64,000 nt of DNA, from contig OZ024740.1 of NCBI GenBank assembly GCA_964016885.1, positions 175,088,001 through 175,152,000 on the forward strand. The letters run 5' to 3'. The stretch comes from Eledone cirrhosa (Eukaryota). The translations under genes and the position numbers were made by a program. The notes under the pieces were generated by a model. It had not been told where the DNA came from and searched no databases. It was given only the letters and a program-made list of their open reading frames with translations. Shown here piece by piece: positions 41,061 to 54,704 of the stretch; the stretch's first letter is position 1; the number at the start of each line of letters is the position of its first letter.

Positions 41061-41982
41061 GTCATGGTTCTTTAACCTATCTTTTCTCAGGTCATGACAG
41101 CTCCAACAACCTATGCCAGCATGGAAAATTGATATACAATGATGAAAATTATATTTTTATATCATGAAAATTTACAATAAAATAGTATACTCTACATATG
41201 CAAATCAAACATATTGAAAAGTGTAAATAATTGTTTTGATATACTTTGGTATATCAAAACCAATCAAGTCAACCACCTTTTTTCTTCTGAAGGAAGGATT
41301 AAGGCATTTATTTACATTTGTCCCTGATAACATTCAAGGGCTGGTATTTTACTCTTAATTTCCAGTACCACATGAAACCAAATTACAAAAGAACACTGGG
41401 ATTTCATTACTTTAGAAAATTAAGTTTTACTCTAATATTACAAATTTTCACAACAATCTTTTGTTAAATAGTGAAGTTATTATGTCATTACAGGATGTTA
41501 AAAGTTTAATTAACTTTGGTTTTACTGTATGGAGTAGATACAGAAATAATTCTCTTCATGGGATGAGTCATGAGTCTATTAGGAAACACTTTCACACTAT
41601 CAGCCACTTATTACAAATATCTAAATGAACTGATTTCTTAAGTGAAGGCTACATTCCAACCTCTTGGGAGTACTGAGTCTCAAAGGCAGCATAAGAAGAC
41701 AAAAGGATAGTAAAGGGTCACTGGAAAACATTGAGTGGTAAGGAAGGAAAAGAGCAAAGTGTACAAATTAATAGTTACTTAGAGAAAACAGTTGCCATTA
41801 GATATTCAAGAAATGCTTAAATTAAAAAAATTTATTTTCACTGCATTTTACCAACTTAAAGAGATTTGATGAAATATATTTTCTAAAAGGGGTCAGTAAT
41901 CCAAAAAGGTTTGGGAAACTCTGATCTAGATGAACTGAAACAATATGGAATTGGGAATAATTCTAAAAATGAAAGCGTGGGT

Positions 41983-42013
<31 letters not shown>

Positions 42014-42844
42014 GGGTTAAGAGATTAATAATGCTTGCTGTAAATTTGTAATCAAAACCTCTTACTCTTATCCTTGCAGTTCAATAACCATATGTACTGA
42101 ACAACATGCAGTTTTATAAAAATAAACCTTTTGTTATCATATTTCTATTGAAACACAGTGCCTATTTGTTTCAATTAATTTGAAAAAAATTCAAGGATTT
42201 GAAGCTATTTAGTCAAATAAACTTTATTGTCATGAAACAGGTCTTTTGAACATAACCCTTTTGTTACCATATTTCTAATGAAAGACTATGATTTTCATAT
42301 CATTTTCAACATAATCAAGAATTTGGATTGATTTAATAACATCATTTTCATTGGTAAGCTGGTGTTTGGAACATAACTTAATAAAAGTTCTTACACAAAG
42401 GAAGGATTTTATGACAAATATACACACTAAAATAAACAGCTTTGTATCAGAACAAGTGGTTTGGTATAAAAAAAAGTTAAACATTTTTACATAAAATTAT
42501 GATAGTCATGTTAAATGTGAACACTTAAAAAAAACTATTGTGTCACAGAATGAGATTAGATCTCTTGGGAATGTTGGTATTGATAATGTGAGGCTGATGA
42601 GAGATAAATCAGCACAATTAAAAAAACATGTCTACATGTATCATTCCCACATGATCCAGTAAATATTGCCAACATAATGTAATGACCATGTACATAATGA
42701 AATTCTTGTACTCATTGATCTGTATGGTAAAGAATGCAAAATCTACAGATTACTTCTAAACATTCAAATTATTTCCAAATACAGCAGCATGTTGTGTGTG
42801 CACATGCTTTTTGGTGCATATATATACATACATCAGTATATCAT

Positions 42845-42881
<37 letters not shown>

Positions 42882-42910
42882 AAATTAGAATTGGTGCTCT
42901 GAAATAGCGA

Positions 42911-43360
42911 TATATATATGAATGTATATATAGTGTATTTTGCAATACACTGTATGCTTAATTAAAAGCATTTCGAAGACCTTATGCTATTGTTTTAGAG
43001 TAGTGACAGTCTCACTTACTTTAAATTTTCAGCAAACAGGGCAGATAAAGCTGACAGAGCTCTGTTTCGTACTGATTGGTATATACAGATTGGTATAATC
43101 TGTATAATCAGTTCGTGATTATTACTAGAATTCTATAAGAATCAAACATTCATGATTTTCAGCAAACAGGTGGAGTACTTGGCTTTGATAAATACCAATC
43201 AGTACGAAACAGAGCTCTGTCAGCTTTATCTCCCCTGTTTGCTGAAAATTTAAAGTAAGTGAGACTGTCACTACTCTAAAACAATAGCGTAAGGTCTTCG
43301 AAATGCTTTTAATTAAGCATACAGTGTATTGCAAAATACACTATATATACATTTATATAT
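42911..43360 (+). mobile_element. Penelope-like fold-back element (family C) with degenerate hammerhead
   Basis: About 170-bp inverted arms (42911-43083/43192-43360) between (TA)n. Hammerhead: long stem I ATTTTCAGCAAACAGG/CCTGTTTGCTGAAAAT, TTGATAA core (CTGATGA variant), GAAAC-AGAGCTCT-GTC (43206-43221). Confidence 0.7.
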
Positions 43361-43399
43361 ATATATTTATATATATACATATATAATCAGAGATATATA

Positions 43400-44172
43400 T
43401 TAAAAATGTGTCCAAATCTGGCAGGGTTGGCTCAATGAATAGTTCAGAGCATTATATATTTATAAGATGGGTGACGTTAGCAAAATAAATTCAGAGAGAA
43501 TGAATCTATACTCCTGTTAAAATTCTCTTACTGCATTTTCACAGCATAAGGCCAATATCAATTATCTTAATTAACAAAGACATTGGGAGAACATACTTTT
43601 TTCAGAGGGATTTCTCTTGCAATAAGAAAATATTTTTCACCCAGCCTCAATATGTGTTTTCACTTGTAAAAAACAACAACACATGCATGGTGGCCAGGAT
43701 GAAAAAGCAACAGGAGGACAAACGACAGGTTTAAAAGAGAGCTAAAAATAGCTCACCAACTAATGTCAGTTTTTACTCAACCGCAAGAGGGTATAAAATA
43801 ATAAAATGTCCAAATGTGGCTGGGTTGTTTCAATGAATTGTTTAGAGCATTATATATTTATAAGATTGGAGAAGTTAACAAAATAAATTCAGAGAAGACT
43901 AAATCTATAATTGTCAAAATTCTCTTACTGTAGTTTCAAAGCATAAAACAGCAGCACATATTATTGAGGCTGGGTGGGAAAATGTTTTCTTATTGCAAGA
44001 GAAATCTCTCTGATAAATAGTATATTCTCCCAAAGTTGATTGTCTTCGTTGATTAAGATAACTGATATTGGTCTTAAGCTTTGAAACTGCAGTAAAGGAA
44101 TTTTGACGTGAGTATAGATTTATTCTCCTCTGAATTTATTTTAAAAATGTCTCCACTTTATGAATATATATA
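43400..44172. mobile_element. Old Penelope-like partial-tandem plus inverted element (family D), three hammerhead-like copies
   Basis: Direct repeat 43402-43548/43802-43946 and inverted copy 43956-44170. On +: CTGATAA (44010-16)...GAAAC-TGCA-GTA (44083-94). On -: CTGAAAA...GAAAATGCAGTA-AGAGAATTT pairing with AAATCCCT. Confidence 0.6.
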
Positions 44173-44279
44173 TATACACACACATATATACTAATTAGTT
44201 TTACATTCTGCTTTGTACAAAACCAATATACATACTGGAAACTACGCATTGAGTGCTCACTCTGGGCGTTACAATCCCT

Positions 44280-44597
44280 ATCATTCATTTCATTTTACGT
44301 CCACTTTTCCCTGCTTGCAAGGGTGGGACGGGAACTGATTCTGGCTTGATTTCTACAGCTGGATGCCCTTCCTAACACCAACCTCATTTACAGTGAGTGC
44401 TGGGTGCTTTTTTGCCGTGGCACCTCCACGACCACTTTGTAGTGGAATAATAGGGACCCCAGTCCCTATCATCTCATTTCTGCAGCTGAGTAAAATGGAG
44501 CAATGTAAAGGAAACAACACATCACCCTATCTGAGAATTGAACTCACAACCTTTCGATTGCAAGGCCAATGCTCTAACCACTAAGCCATGTGCCTCC

Positions 44598-44598
<1 letters not shown>
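44280..44598 (-). mobile_element. S2 CORE-SINE with RTE tail (internal deletion)
   Basis: Reverse-complement copy of 10875-11205 lacking part of the CORE block. Confidence 0.85.
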
Positions 44599-44628
<30 letters not shown>

Positions 44629-45324
44629 TATATAATTTATTAAAATAACAGATTAAAGTTTAAGCAAAGAATCGCTGCTTTTACAGGATCTTCTGAAACT
44701 AAAAAAATAAATCTGTGAACGGAGAAGTTAATATTTCGAAAAACCTTGCAACCGAAGGAAAACAGGAAGACGATACTTTGGTTCGACGAGACGTTCTCTG
44801 GCAATGAGCGGAAAAAAAGCGAAGATAATACGTCATTATGTGGAGCGATGAGAACAATTACGCGCAAAGACAAAAACACGTTTATGGTATAAATGAAGTC
44901 GTAGACTAATATTCTATTTAGGAAGCCGAATGTTCTTAGCTTCAGAGTTAAGAATAATGTAAATAAATTACAGAGGTTATTGAAATCAACAATAATTAAA
45001 TATATACATACATGTATCCATATACGTACATATACATGCATATGCGAAAAAACCTGCCATATACAAGCACGTACACAAAAACACGTGCACACATACAAAA
45101 ACCCGCGCAACACCTGTACCTACACACATACGAACGTATACAGAAAATACACAAAAAATATATATATAAAAAATATATATATATATATGTGTGTGTATGT
45201 GCATGTATACATATTATATAAACGTATATAAATATACACACATAAATACGTATATAACGCACACGCACACATACCTACAGGTAAATACACATATGTTCGC
45301 TAAACGTGCAAACCCGCATACAAA

Positions 45325-45445
45325 GAGGGTGTGATAAGATACAAGGTGGACCATAACGCACCAGAGTACTCAATACTTTGGGTAGTAGAGTCTAGCTGTC
45401 GAAACGGCCGGAGCTCAGGCGTCAGGGTCCTGAATCTTTTCATAT
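45325..45445. mobile_element. Family A element, third copy
   Basis: GTGGACCATAACGCACCAGAGTACTCAATAC...GTAGTAGAG joined to CTAGCTGTCGAAACGGCCGGAGCTCAGGCGTCAGGGTCC. Confidence 0.65.
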
Positions 45446-45456
45446 GTATGTGTGTG

Positions 45457-45499
<43 letters not shown>

Positions 45500-45528
45500 G
45501 AGAGGTATAGAGATTGTTTTAGCAAGAT

Positions 45529-45587
<59 letters not shown>

Positions 45588-47896
45588 TTTGCCACTGTGG
45601 TTAATATCAACTTTTATGACATACATACAATAATTATAATTTAATTTTTTTTTCAAACCTTATGGTCGTTATACAAAATAATGTTAACTGAAAAAAAAAT
45701 TTTTTTTATTAAAAAAAGGAATAAAATGTTTACTGATGTTATTTTTGCTACTTTTCTTGTTAAGTATTGTTTTATTGAATAATTATTAGAAAAACCTCCC
45801 AAATGTTAACAATTTTGATGTCTGCTTTTTTGGTCACACGATACTCCCACTTTTACTCTAATATATTATTCTTACTCTGATTCTTTCTCCTCCCTCGCTA
45901 TATAATTCTCTCCTTCTCATGCTCTCCCTCTCTATATATTTTTTTCTCTTTAAATCTCTCTCTATATAATTCTTTCTCTCTCATCTTCTTTATACATAAT
46001 CTCACTCACCCTCTATAATATATCAGATGTGTGTATGTGTGTGCATGCATGCACATGTATTCCAGTGTAACATTCCATTAACTTGCTATCTCACTGCTTG
46101 CCTGCCACTCTACTCAGTATGTATACTACTCCTTTAACCCATATGTTGATTTTCTCTATATCACTCTTTTACTATCTCACCCCTTCTCTCTCTCTATGAT
46201 TCAAATGTGACATCAGACCAACTAACCAACCAACACATTGGATATCATATATAATGTTATTTTGGTTGTTGAGCCTATCTATAATCAAAATCATTCAAGC
46301 TATGACGATTCCATCTTTTTTTTATGTATCAGAGACTACATTAACTAATTTGTCCTTTATTATTCAGGAATTAATTTTATTTACTTTCAGTTATTTTTGT
46401 CACTTTTTGCATTAATAATTGCTGCAGGACATAAACAAATATCAAATGTCTTACATGAAGACATGGAAATACATGCAAATATGCGCATGCACAAGTGCAT
46501 TTATGTGCATGCATGCACAAGTGCATTTATGTGCATGCATGCACACAAACTCACTACAGGTTTTTATCAACCAAACTTCACTCACAAATTATTGCCCAGC
46601 CCAATCCTATAGAAGACACTTGCCTTAGATGCTATGCAGTGGGACTGAACCTGAAACTAAGTGGTTGCAAAGGGAACTTCTTAACCACACAGTCATGCCT
46701 GTGTGATACAACATATGCATTTTCATGAACATTAACATTTTAAGTGGAAAAGTTCCATCTGAGACTGAAATCATGTTGTAGTTCATAAGACTGATGATGA
46801 CTTATAACGATTAAATTTAAGCAAACAACTCTCTGAAGTCAGAAAGCCAAGAGGAAAGTATAATGGCAGTAAAGGAAGGCATAACAGATTAGAGGTTTAA
46901 TGTGTAGCAATGAGCAGTAACTGTTGGGAGTGAATTCTAAAAGGGGAAAGAAACTGAAGTCACAGAATAACAAGTATTTCTTGATGTGAGGAAATGTCAG
47001 AGAATATCAATCAATCTAGTCAGCTGGAGATCAACAGGAAGGGAGCAATCCAATATCATGTGGCACAGAGGGGTGGATGTCCTGTCACCATAACTGCTAT
47101 TTAAAACTGATATTATGTCCAGCATATGACACAATAAATCTATCACATGGATGGATAGATAGAGATAGCAACAATATCATTGCCATGAAAGTATTAATAT
47201 ATCATCAGTAGAGAGATGAATGTTACCTACCCACCCTTCTTCCCTCAGATCAATAGTGAATCAGTGATGTTTTTTTATAGCCTAGCAATCCTTCATACAT
47301 TCAATACTGAATATAAAATGGATATTCTGAATATGTAATTTATGGATGTTCGACAAATACATCCCAACAAAGAATTACACATATCTCATCTGAAGGTAAT
47401 GAAAGCATGAATATAAAAAAAAAACCTTTTACAATGAAACGGTGAAGAATCTTTGAATGGTCAAAGAATTTCCTGGAGATAAAGATAGCTATCTTATTTA
47501 GATATTGACTAAGAAACAAATCTAAATGGGGTATAACAATAACTTTCGCTAAATAGCAAAATATAGGATTTTAACAAAAAAGAAAGCAGGGAAAAATCTA
47601 CAGATCAGACCAAGGAAACTATATTTCCATTGATTCTTCTATTATGGACATTATCTGCTGTTAGCAACTCTGGGCAGAAGAATCAAGACGAATTTCTTTT
47701 TTTTTTCTGGTGACAAAACTTGAACTCAGAACACAAATACCACTAAACATCCTGCCTGACTCTCTAACAATTCCATAAACCTACCATACTTGGACTGGTG
47801 TTCAATAGAACACCAGTACAAGTATCAACACTGAAACAATGACAAGTAATATTGATCTTGGTGGGATTTGAACATAGAACACAGACAGGAGGAACA

Positions 47897-48343
47897 AATA
47901 CTTTTTATTTATATATATATATATATAAATAAAAAGTATTTTGCCCTAAGATCATTTCTAGATCCATAATATTTTGTGTTTTGTTCAATGGCAAATTGGC
48001 AGCCATTAAAGCATTGTATTAGATACCTCAGTATTTTTATATATATATATATATATAAATAAAAAGTATTTTGCCCTAAGATCATTTTAGTTTACACACA
48101 ATGCAGATAGTAATTGTGCAAAGAAAAGAAAATCTTTAGCCCAATTGGCTTAGCTGGCCTCAACACCTATTTTTTAAGCTAATGATATATATATATATCA
48201 ACACCTATTTTTTAAGCTAATGATATAATATATATATATATATCATTAGATTAAAAAATAGGTGTTGAGGCCAGCTAAGCCAATTGGGCTAAAGATTTTC
48301 TTTTCTTTGCACAATTACTATCTGCATTGTGTGTAAACTAAAA
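47897..48343. repeat. (TA)n-centred fold-back and short tandem duplications
   Basis: Palindrome 47897-47940. Duplicate AAATAAAAAGTATTTTGCCCTAAGATCATTT. About 100-bp inverted arms 48085-48190/48240-48343 around (TA)n. Confidence 0.85.
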
Positions 48344-48344
48344 G

Positions 48345-48720
48345 TAAAAATTCACAAAAGTGAATACTCTGAACAGTAATAAATGTTAAATAACCAAAGG
48401 CCTAAAACAGCACCTTGAGGTGTACAATATATGAAAGGAATAACTCTCTTTCACTTACTCTGGCAACTCGGTGAAATTGATCTTTTGAAGAGAATGTGTC
48501 CAGCTTTTTTTAAAAGATAGTATAATTTGAGGGAGAGTTGATTTCTATTTCTAACAGATTGGAGCAACCATATACAACAAAGTGAAGCTGAGATTATTTT
48601 GTTCATAATAACTTTACTGATGAACAGGATTACAATTGAACTAATTTTCAAATAGCAACTTTATTACTCACACATTATTTGAATGCTAAATGACTGGTAA
48701 TGCTTTAATACTGTACCATC
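48345..48720 (-). pseudogene. Highly decayed CR1/L2-like reverse transcriptase fragment
   Basis: Minus-strand frame reads TPQGAVLGLWLFNIY (GVPQGSVLGPLLFNIY-like) at about 48380-48425. Confidence 0.55.
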
Positions 48721-51339
48721 TGTGGCTCAGCATGTGTGAAGAATTTATATCAATATTATCATTATCTTTCTATGCCTGCTTTTCCAAGCTTGCATGGATT
48801 CAAAGAGTTTTTTCCAGCACAGTGTCTCACCATTCTTCTTGGTCCTTCATCCACACAGCTCTGAGGTTCAGTGATTTGACATCAGCTCTAACAACCTTTG
48901 CTATTTAACCTTGGGTTATTTTACTTGAAGCTATTTTATAAAATATAAACGTTTGTTCTGTGTTAACAACTAGCTTAATGATTAACTAATTATCTAACTC
49001 ATTTAAATAATTTATTAGAATTTTATTCAGTGATTCTGCCTGTCAAATTTACAGAGTAATAAGTTGTAGTATTGCTATCTCCCTCTCTCTCTCTCTCTCT
49101 GCTTAAGTGCATGTGAGTATGCCCATGTATGAATGTGTGTGTATTTGTGTCTATGTAACAATATTATGTATACACATGCATATACCAACAATGTGTGTGT
49201 GTGTGAGCACATATATATGTCCACATATATACTAATGTGTACATGTGTATGTGTGTTTTTGTGATTGTGAGTATACAAAAAGTGTGCATATATGTGTGTG
49301 GTAAGCATGTGAGCATATGTCCATGCAAGAATGTATGTAATGTATATGTGTGAATATGTGTTTGCATGTATGAATCTATGTGTATTTGAATGAATATGTA
49401 TGCAAGTATAAATATGCATATGAATATGCATGAATGAATATGTATATATACACACATTTACATATGCAAGCATGTGTATGTATGTGCGTGTGTGATGGGC
49501 ATGTGAAATACTAATTCAAAATTCCCTGCAGACATTGCTGAAATTAGCTAATTTACATCAATCAGGTTTGCTCCTGCGAATATTGAAGTGACCACACATG
49601 AAGTAAAAAGGCTTGTTCCTGGCAGTGTGGTTACAAAGTTCCCTTTGTAAACAAGTGGTTCTAGGTTCAATTCTCATGTGAAGTACTTTGCTTAAATGTT
49701 TTTTTTAACATATAATCAAGTTGACAGATGCCTTGCATATGAAATTTCCAGACACAAATAATGAAGCATGTGTGTGTGTGCACACATGCATAGATGTTTG
49801 TGTATAAAAAGAACCAGCTTCAGTAGACAAGAGGTGATGATAGTAAAACCATAGGTGTATTGTGTGACAGATAATGGGACATGATAAAGGAAAGGAAGGT
49901 GAGAGAAAGATCAAGCCGCTACCTGCAGCCTCATATAGTCAGAACGTATTGGAGGGTACTTGCTGTTGCTAGTAGGCTTGCTTTTTGAAGTTTTCCAAAA
50001 CAGGAGGCTGAGCTAATATTCTTTAGCCACCCTTGGAAACTCTTCAAGATAGTAGCTAGTGCTCCTATGACCATGAGGACAACCTTCATCTCATGACAGT
50101 CCCATCAATGAAAATAACCAATAAACAGGGGCTTTTGAGTAACAATACTGTGTAGTTATTTTGACACTCTCCTCATTGTAAATGCAGTGAATAAAGTGAT
50201 TAGTGTATTAAAAATCTGTAAGCAACGACACCATTGTTGACAATATACAATATAAAAAGAAATCAATAATCAAAAACTAAACAAGTCAGAGAACTCGACT
50301 GATGATATACTGAATTAAATAAAAATCAAGTATATAAAGACGTTATATCTAACTTTTATGTGATTTGAATACAAAAGTTTAACAATACAGAACTTTGAAG
50401 GAACACAGAACAATCTGGAACAAGTTTGGACTTGATTTATATCTGTTGTCCAAGATACTGCAAACTACCAAACCACCAACACCACCAACTCCACAATTAC
50501 TACTATAACATAAAGAAGCATTCGAGACAATAATAAACCCTGTAGGCAGTCAATTGATTTGCAAGACATAGCAGTCAAATTTCCTTAACACCACACCATC
50601 TTTAAAATAAAGAAGGAAACATTAAATAATGTAATGCTATATACATTGTCTACTAGAAAAGGAAAGAAAACACACACACAGGGCAGTCATAACTACCAGG
50701 GCTGACCGGAAGATAATCATGTCATTATCATATGTCTAATGAAGGACACTGCCTATGATTATCAAATACATTTTTTTTTAATACCAAGAATGAGGAAATA
50801 TTTAATAATTGTTTCTACTTTTGGCACAAGGCCAGCAATTATGGTACTTTATTTTATCAACCCCGTAAGGATGAAAGGCAAAGTTAACCTCGGCGGGATT
50901 TGACCAATCCGCAACTATCTCTCTCATTATTAAGTTGGTATTTGGAATATAAAGAATCTTATATCAAATTATGATAGATGGTTTTAAAATAAATATAAAA
51001 ACTTTAAAACAAAGCTTTGTATTGTAGAAATTGGCAGTTTGATGTGGTTTGCTATCAAAAAAGTTAAACATCAATGACAGCTAAGAGGCGTTGGTAATAA
51101 TTTTACAAGTAGCACTCCAACAATTGTTCCTAAATTGGCAGTAGAGTTGCAGAAGCATTATAGTGTCAGACAAAATTTCTTATAATATTCATTCTGGCTC
51201 CTTGTATTCTGAGTTCAAATGCGACCATGATCAACTTTACCTTTCATCATTCTGGGTTGATAAAGTACCTTCTATAGCAGTTGAGTAACGGAATCATTAG
51301 AATAACAAACAGCATGCTTTATGTTATTTTTTTGGCTCT

Positions 51340-51570
51340 TTTCATTCTGAGTTCAAATTCTGCTCTAGTCTACTCAGATGGTAAGCTTAATTCATTACTC
51401 AGTATAATATCACACTAGCTTTTGGCTGCCTTTAGTAGACTTCACTCAGTTGCAAACATTCTGGTCAGGTTTCTGGTTTGTGGATATTTTTCTCTTTCTC
51501 AACGATGAGTTTTGGAGGTCCTGAAAAGGCTCATGGGTACTGTCCTTCCTGACTAAGAAATAAAACACAC
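51340..51570 (+). mobile_element. Ancient SINE family S5
   Basis: GAGTTCAAATTC head, TTTAGTAGACTTCACTCAGTTGCA body, CCTGACTAAGAAATAAAA end. Confidence 0.6.
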
Positions 51571-52079
51571 AATCATACACATTCTGCCCTAGTGTCTTGT
51601 GGGTGAGTCCCGGAAGACAAAGTGTAAGAAAGTATCCTGAATATAATTCAATCCAGTTTTGTCTACATACTTTCAAGTTTTTGCATGGTTTCTACAACTG
51701 GATGTCCTTCCTACAGAATGTATTGAGTGCATTTCATTGTGGCACCAGCCTAGGGAGGTTGTCATGTCCTTGATATGGCCAAAGAGTCCTTACAAACCTG
51801 CATGTGTCTGCACAGGCACACACACAAGCACATTTTAAATATACAAAAAAATTCAATACAAGCAACTAACAACATGTAATTTACCAAATTGGTGTTTATG
51901 TAAACTGATACTATACACAAAATAAATAAATGAATAAAATATATATATACAAAAATTAAACAATAATCTGCATAATATAAAATCTGTTAGCTGCTTATTC
52001 AATATAGTTTACTCAAGAAATTGTATTTTCAGATGAGTGGTAGCGGGAATACTATTGACTTTCAAAGTATAAGAATTAT

Positions 52080-52280
52080 TGGGCGGTGAATTGGCAGTAT
52101 CGGTAGAGGGTCGGACGCCATGCTTTCCAGCATAGTTACGTCCCTTTACGGTCTGAGTTCAAATCCCGTCAAGGTTAACTTTGCCTTTCGTCATTACGGG
52201 GTCGATAAAATAAAGTACTAGTAATGCACTGGGTAATGGCCTGGCCTTGTGCCAAAAGTAGAAACAATTATTATTATTAT
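52080..52280 (+). mobile_element. S1 SINE, full-length young copy
   Basis: Near-identical to 14845-15040 and 59190-59375. Confidence 0.9.
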
Positions 52281-54274
52281 TTACTTGTGTTTAGGCAGGG
52301 AGATTAGGGCAGCTCATTTGGAAGAGATGTTAGAGCATTAGATATTTGTTCCATGCCTCTGCATTTGTTCCATGCCTCTGCCTTCTGAGTTCAAATCTTG
52401 CTGAGGTCCACTTTGTCTTTCATCTTCGTAACATTCCATATTTAGGTATCCAGATTAATGGCTTTGGTCCATAGGAAATATATATGTGCTGAACCTAACC
52501 AACATTAGCTGACATTCCTGATGATTTAAAACTAAACTGTTGTTACACAGTCTGCTAAAAAATAGCAGTAAAATCTCTTTCGGCCTTCAGAAAAAAAGCA
52601 AAGTAATATTGGCTAAATATACAATAGACAGGATGGTGAGAGTTTTATTAATTTTTTTAATTTAGTCTAGAAGAAGGCGTTATGCCCAAGGCTTTCTGAG
52701 ATCTCTTGAAATACCTTTGAATATAAGTCTGCATTATTACAAATCCCGCCGAGGTTAACTTTGCTTTCATCCTTACGGGGTCGATAAAATGAAGTACCAG
52801 TAATGCACTGGGTAATTGCTGGCCTTGTGCCAAAAGTAGAAACAATTATTAAGATTGACCTGGGTCTAAACAACAATGGATAAGAAAACATTGGGTAGTG
52901 TGGTCTTAGATATTATGCTATTCTGAATTAAAAAAAGAGATTGTAATGATAGGACTGTCTGATAAAAGGTCTGCTCAATAAGAGCTGACTTAGTGTTTAA
53001 ACAAAAACATCAAGTGCATAATTGACAAGCCAACAATGAGGTGAGCTTCTACACTTGCTAGAAATAGCAGTCAAATTTCATTCATATCATACACTAATAT
53101 AATACAAAAGGAAAGTTATTTTTAGATAATGTAGTTTTATGTATATTAAAACTGAAAAATATAGGCAAAACTGCCTTTGGTCCTGTTTGATCAGATATAT
53201 TGTCTTAATAAAATATGAAATTATCAAAAATAGAACAACACTGCTCTGTGTTTGCTTGATTAGTACTGGTCTGGTGCTAGACAAACCCAGTAAAATGATA
53301 GACTGGGTGAGGAGGATTAGTTCTTTTATATGAAAATAAAGGAGTAAAGTGTAACTGATATCTATTTTAATTGCTTTGTTTGTTAACTTCAAATTAACCC
53401 ATGGACAGACATTTAACCTCATCCTTAAACATGAAACATTTTGTTAATTTATACATGTACATTACATTACAATTGGTTTGATCTCTGATCATAACGTTAT
53501 GTAGATATAAATATTATATTAACTCTTTTGTTACTATATTTTCTAATGAAAAACACTGCCTATTATTTTTAAATAACTTTTAAAAGAATAAACAAAAATT
53601 GAGACTGACTTTCTAATGCTTGGAACCTAACTTCGAGGATTATGATAGACGGTCTTTAGATAAATATAAACAATTTTAAAACAGTTTTCTATTGTAAAAC
53701 CAATGATGGTTTCAGACAGTTTTGTACAAAATGGGTTTACGAAATGCTTCAGACATAGATATAATTCCTCGAAGATTAAAATATCTCGAAAATTTATCAT
53801 TTTCAATCTCTGCAGATGGTGGCAAATTGGAAGAGTTGTTAGAGCATTAAATACCTTGGAGTAAATTGATGAGAGTCTTTGCACTCCAAGTTGAAATCCG
53901 GATGAGTTCAACTTTGCCTTTTCCTCATTTTAGCCTACTAACAAAATACCAGTCCATAGCTGGGGTTTATTGGACTTGTTAGAACATTAGATGAGATGCA
54001 TCACAGTATCTGTACTAGTTACTTATAACAATGCCTGCGATGACACCGAAGCCAAGCTGTTTTAGTACTTGCTTTTCCCTTGTACATTACCAGTGGTGTG
54101 GGGATGGGAAACTTGCATGCATGGTCTTCCATAAAAAACCATAGTCACTTGCTTTGGAGACAAATACCCTACTACCTTACTGATATTACCATCAGGCTCA
54201 TCATAATCAACACAACTACCATAAGCATCATCACCATCATGATCACATGGACAGCACCATTATACATAAAAAGC

Positions 54275-54500
54275 AAAGCAAGGATGGGTATAAGAGGAAT
54301 CAAATGTAGTGTGCAGGAGAGAAGATTGTGCTGATATGGACATATGATACATATGGATAATTTTAGAAGACATGTCAGGTGTTCCCAGCGGAAGGAGTCT
54401 GCAATAGAGGAAAACCAAGGAAGACCTTGGCAGAAGTTGTGAGAACTGATCTTAAAATGCTGAACCTCACAATCAAGATAACAAACAAATGTGGTTAAAT
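54275..54500 (+). mobile_element. RTE 3' fragment
   Basis: GIRGIKCSVQERRLC...RGKPRKT matches the C-termini of elements 1 and 2. Confidence 0.7.
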
Positions 54501-54704
54501 GGAGGGAAAAGACTTGTCCAGTCCATACAAGTTTGGAAAAACCACCATACTTGAATATTTCAACACCACTTGGGAGTCTCTAATCTGATCACTTGACATG
54601 TTATAAATAGCACAACAGCAAATTTCCCAGAAATCAGTTTTCTGAGAAAAGTCTAAAAAGCTGAGATAGTCACTACCATCATTCCCACCACCACCCCCAC
54701 TTAT

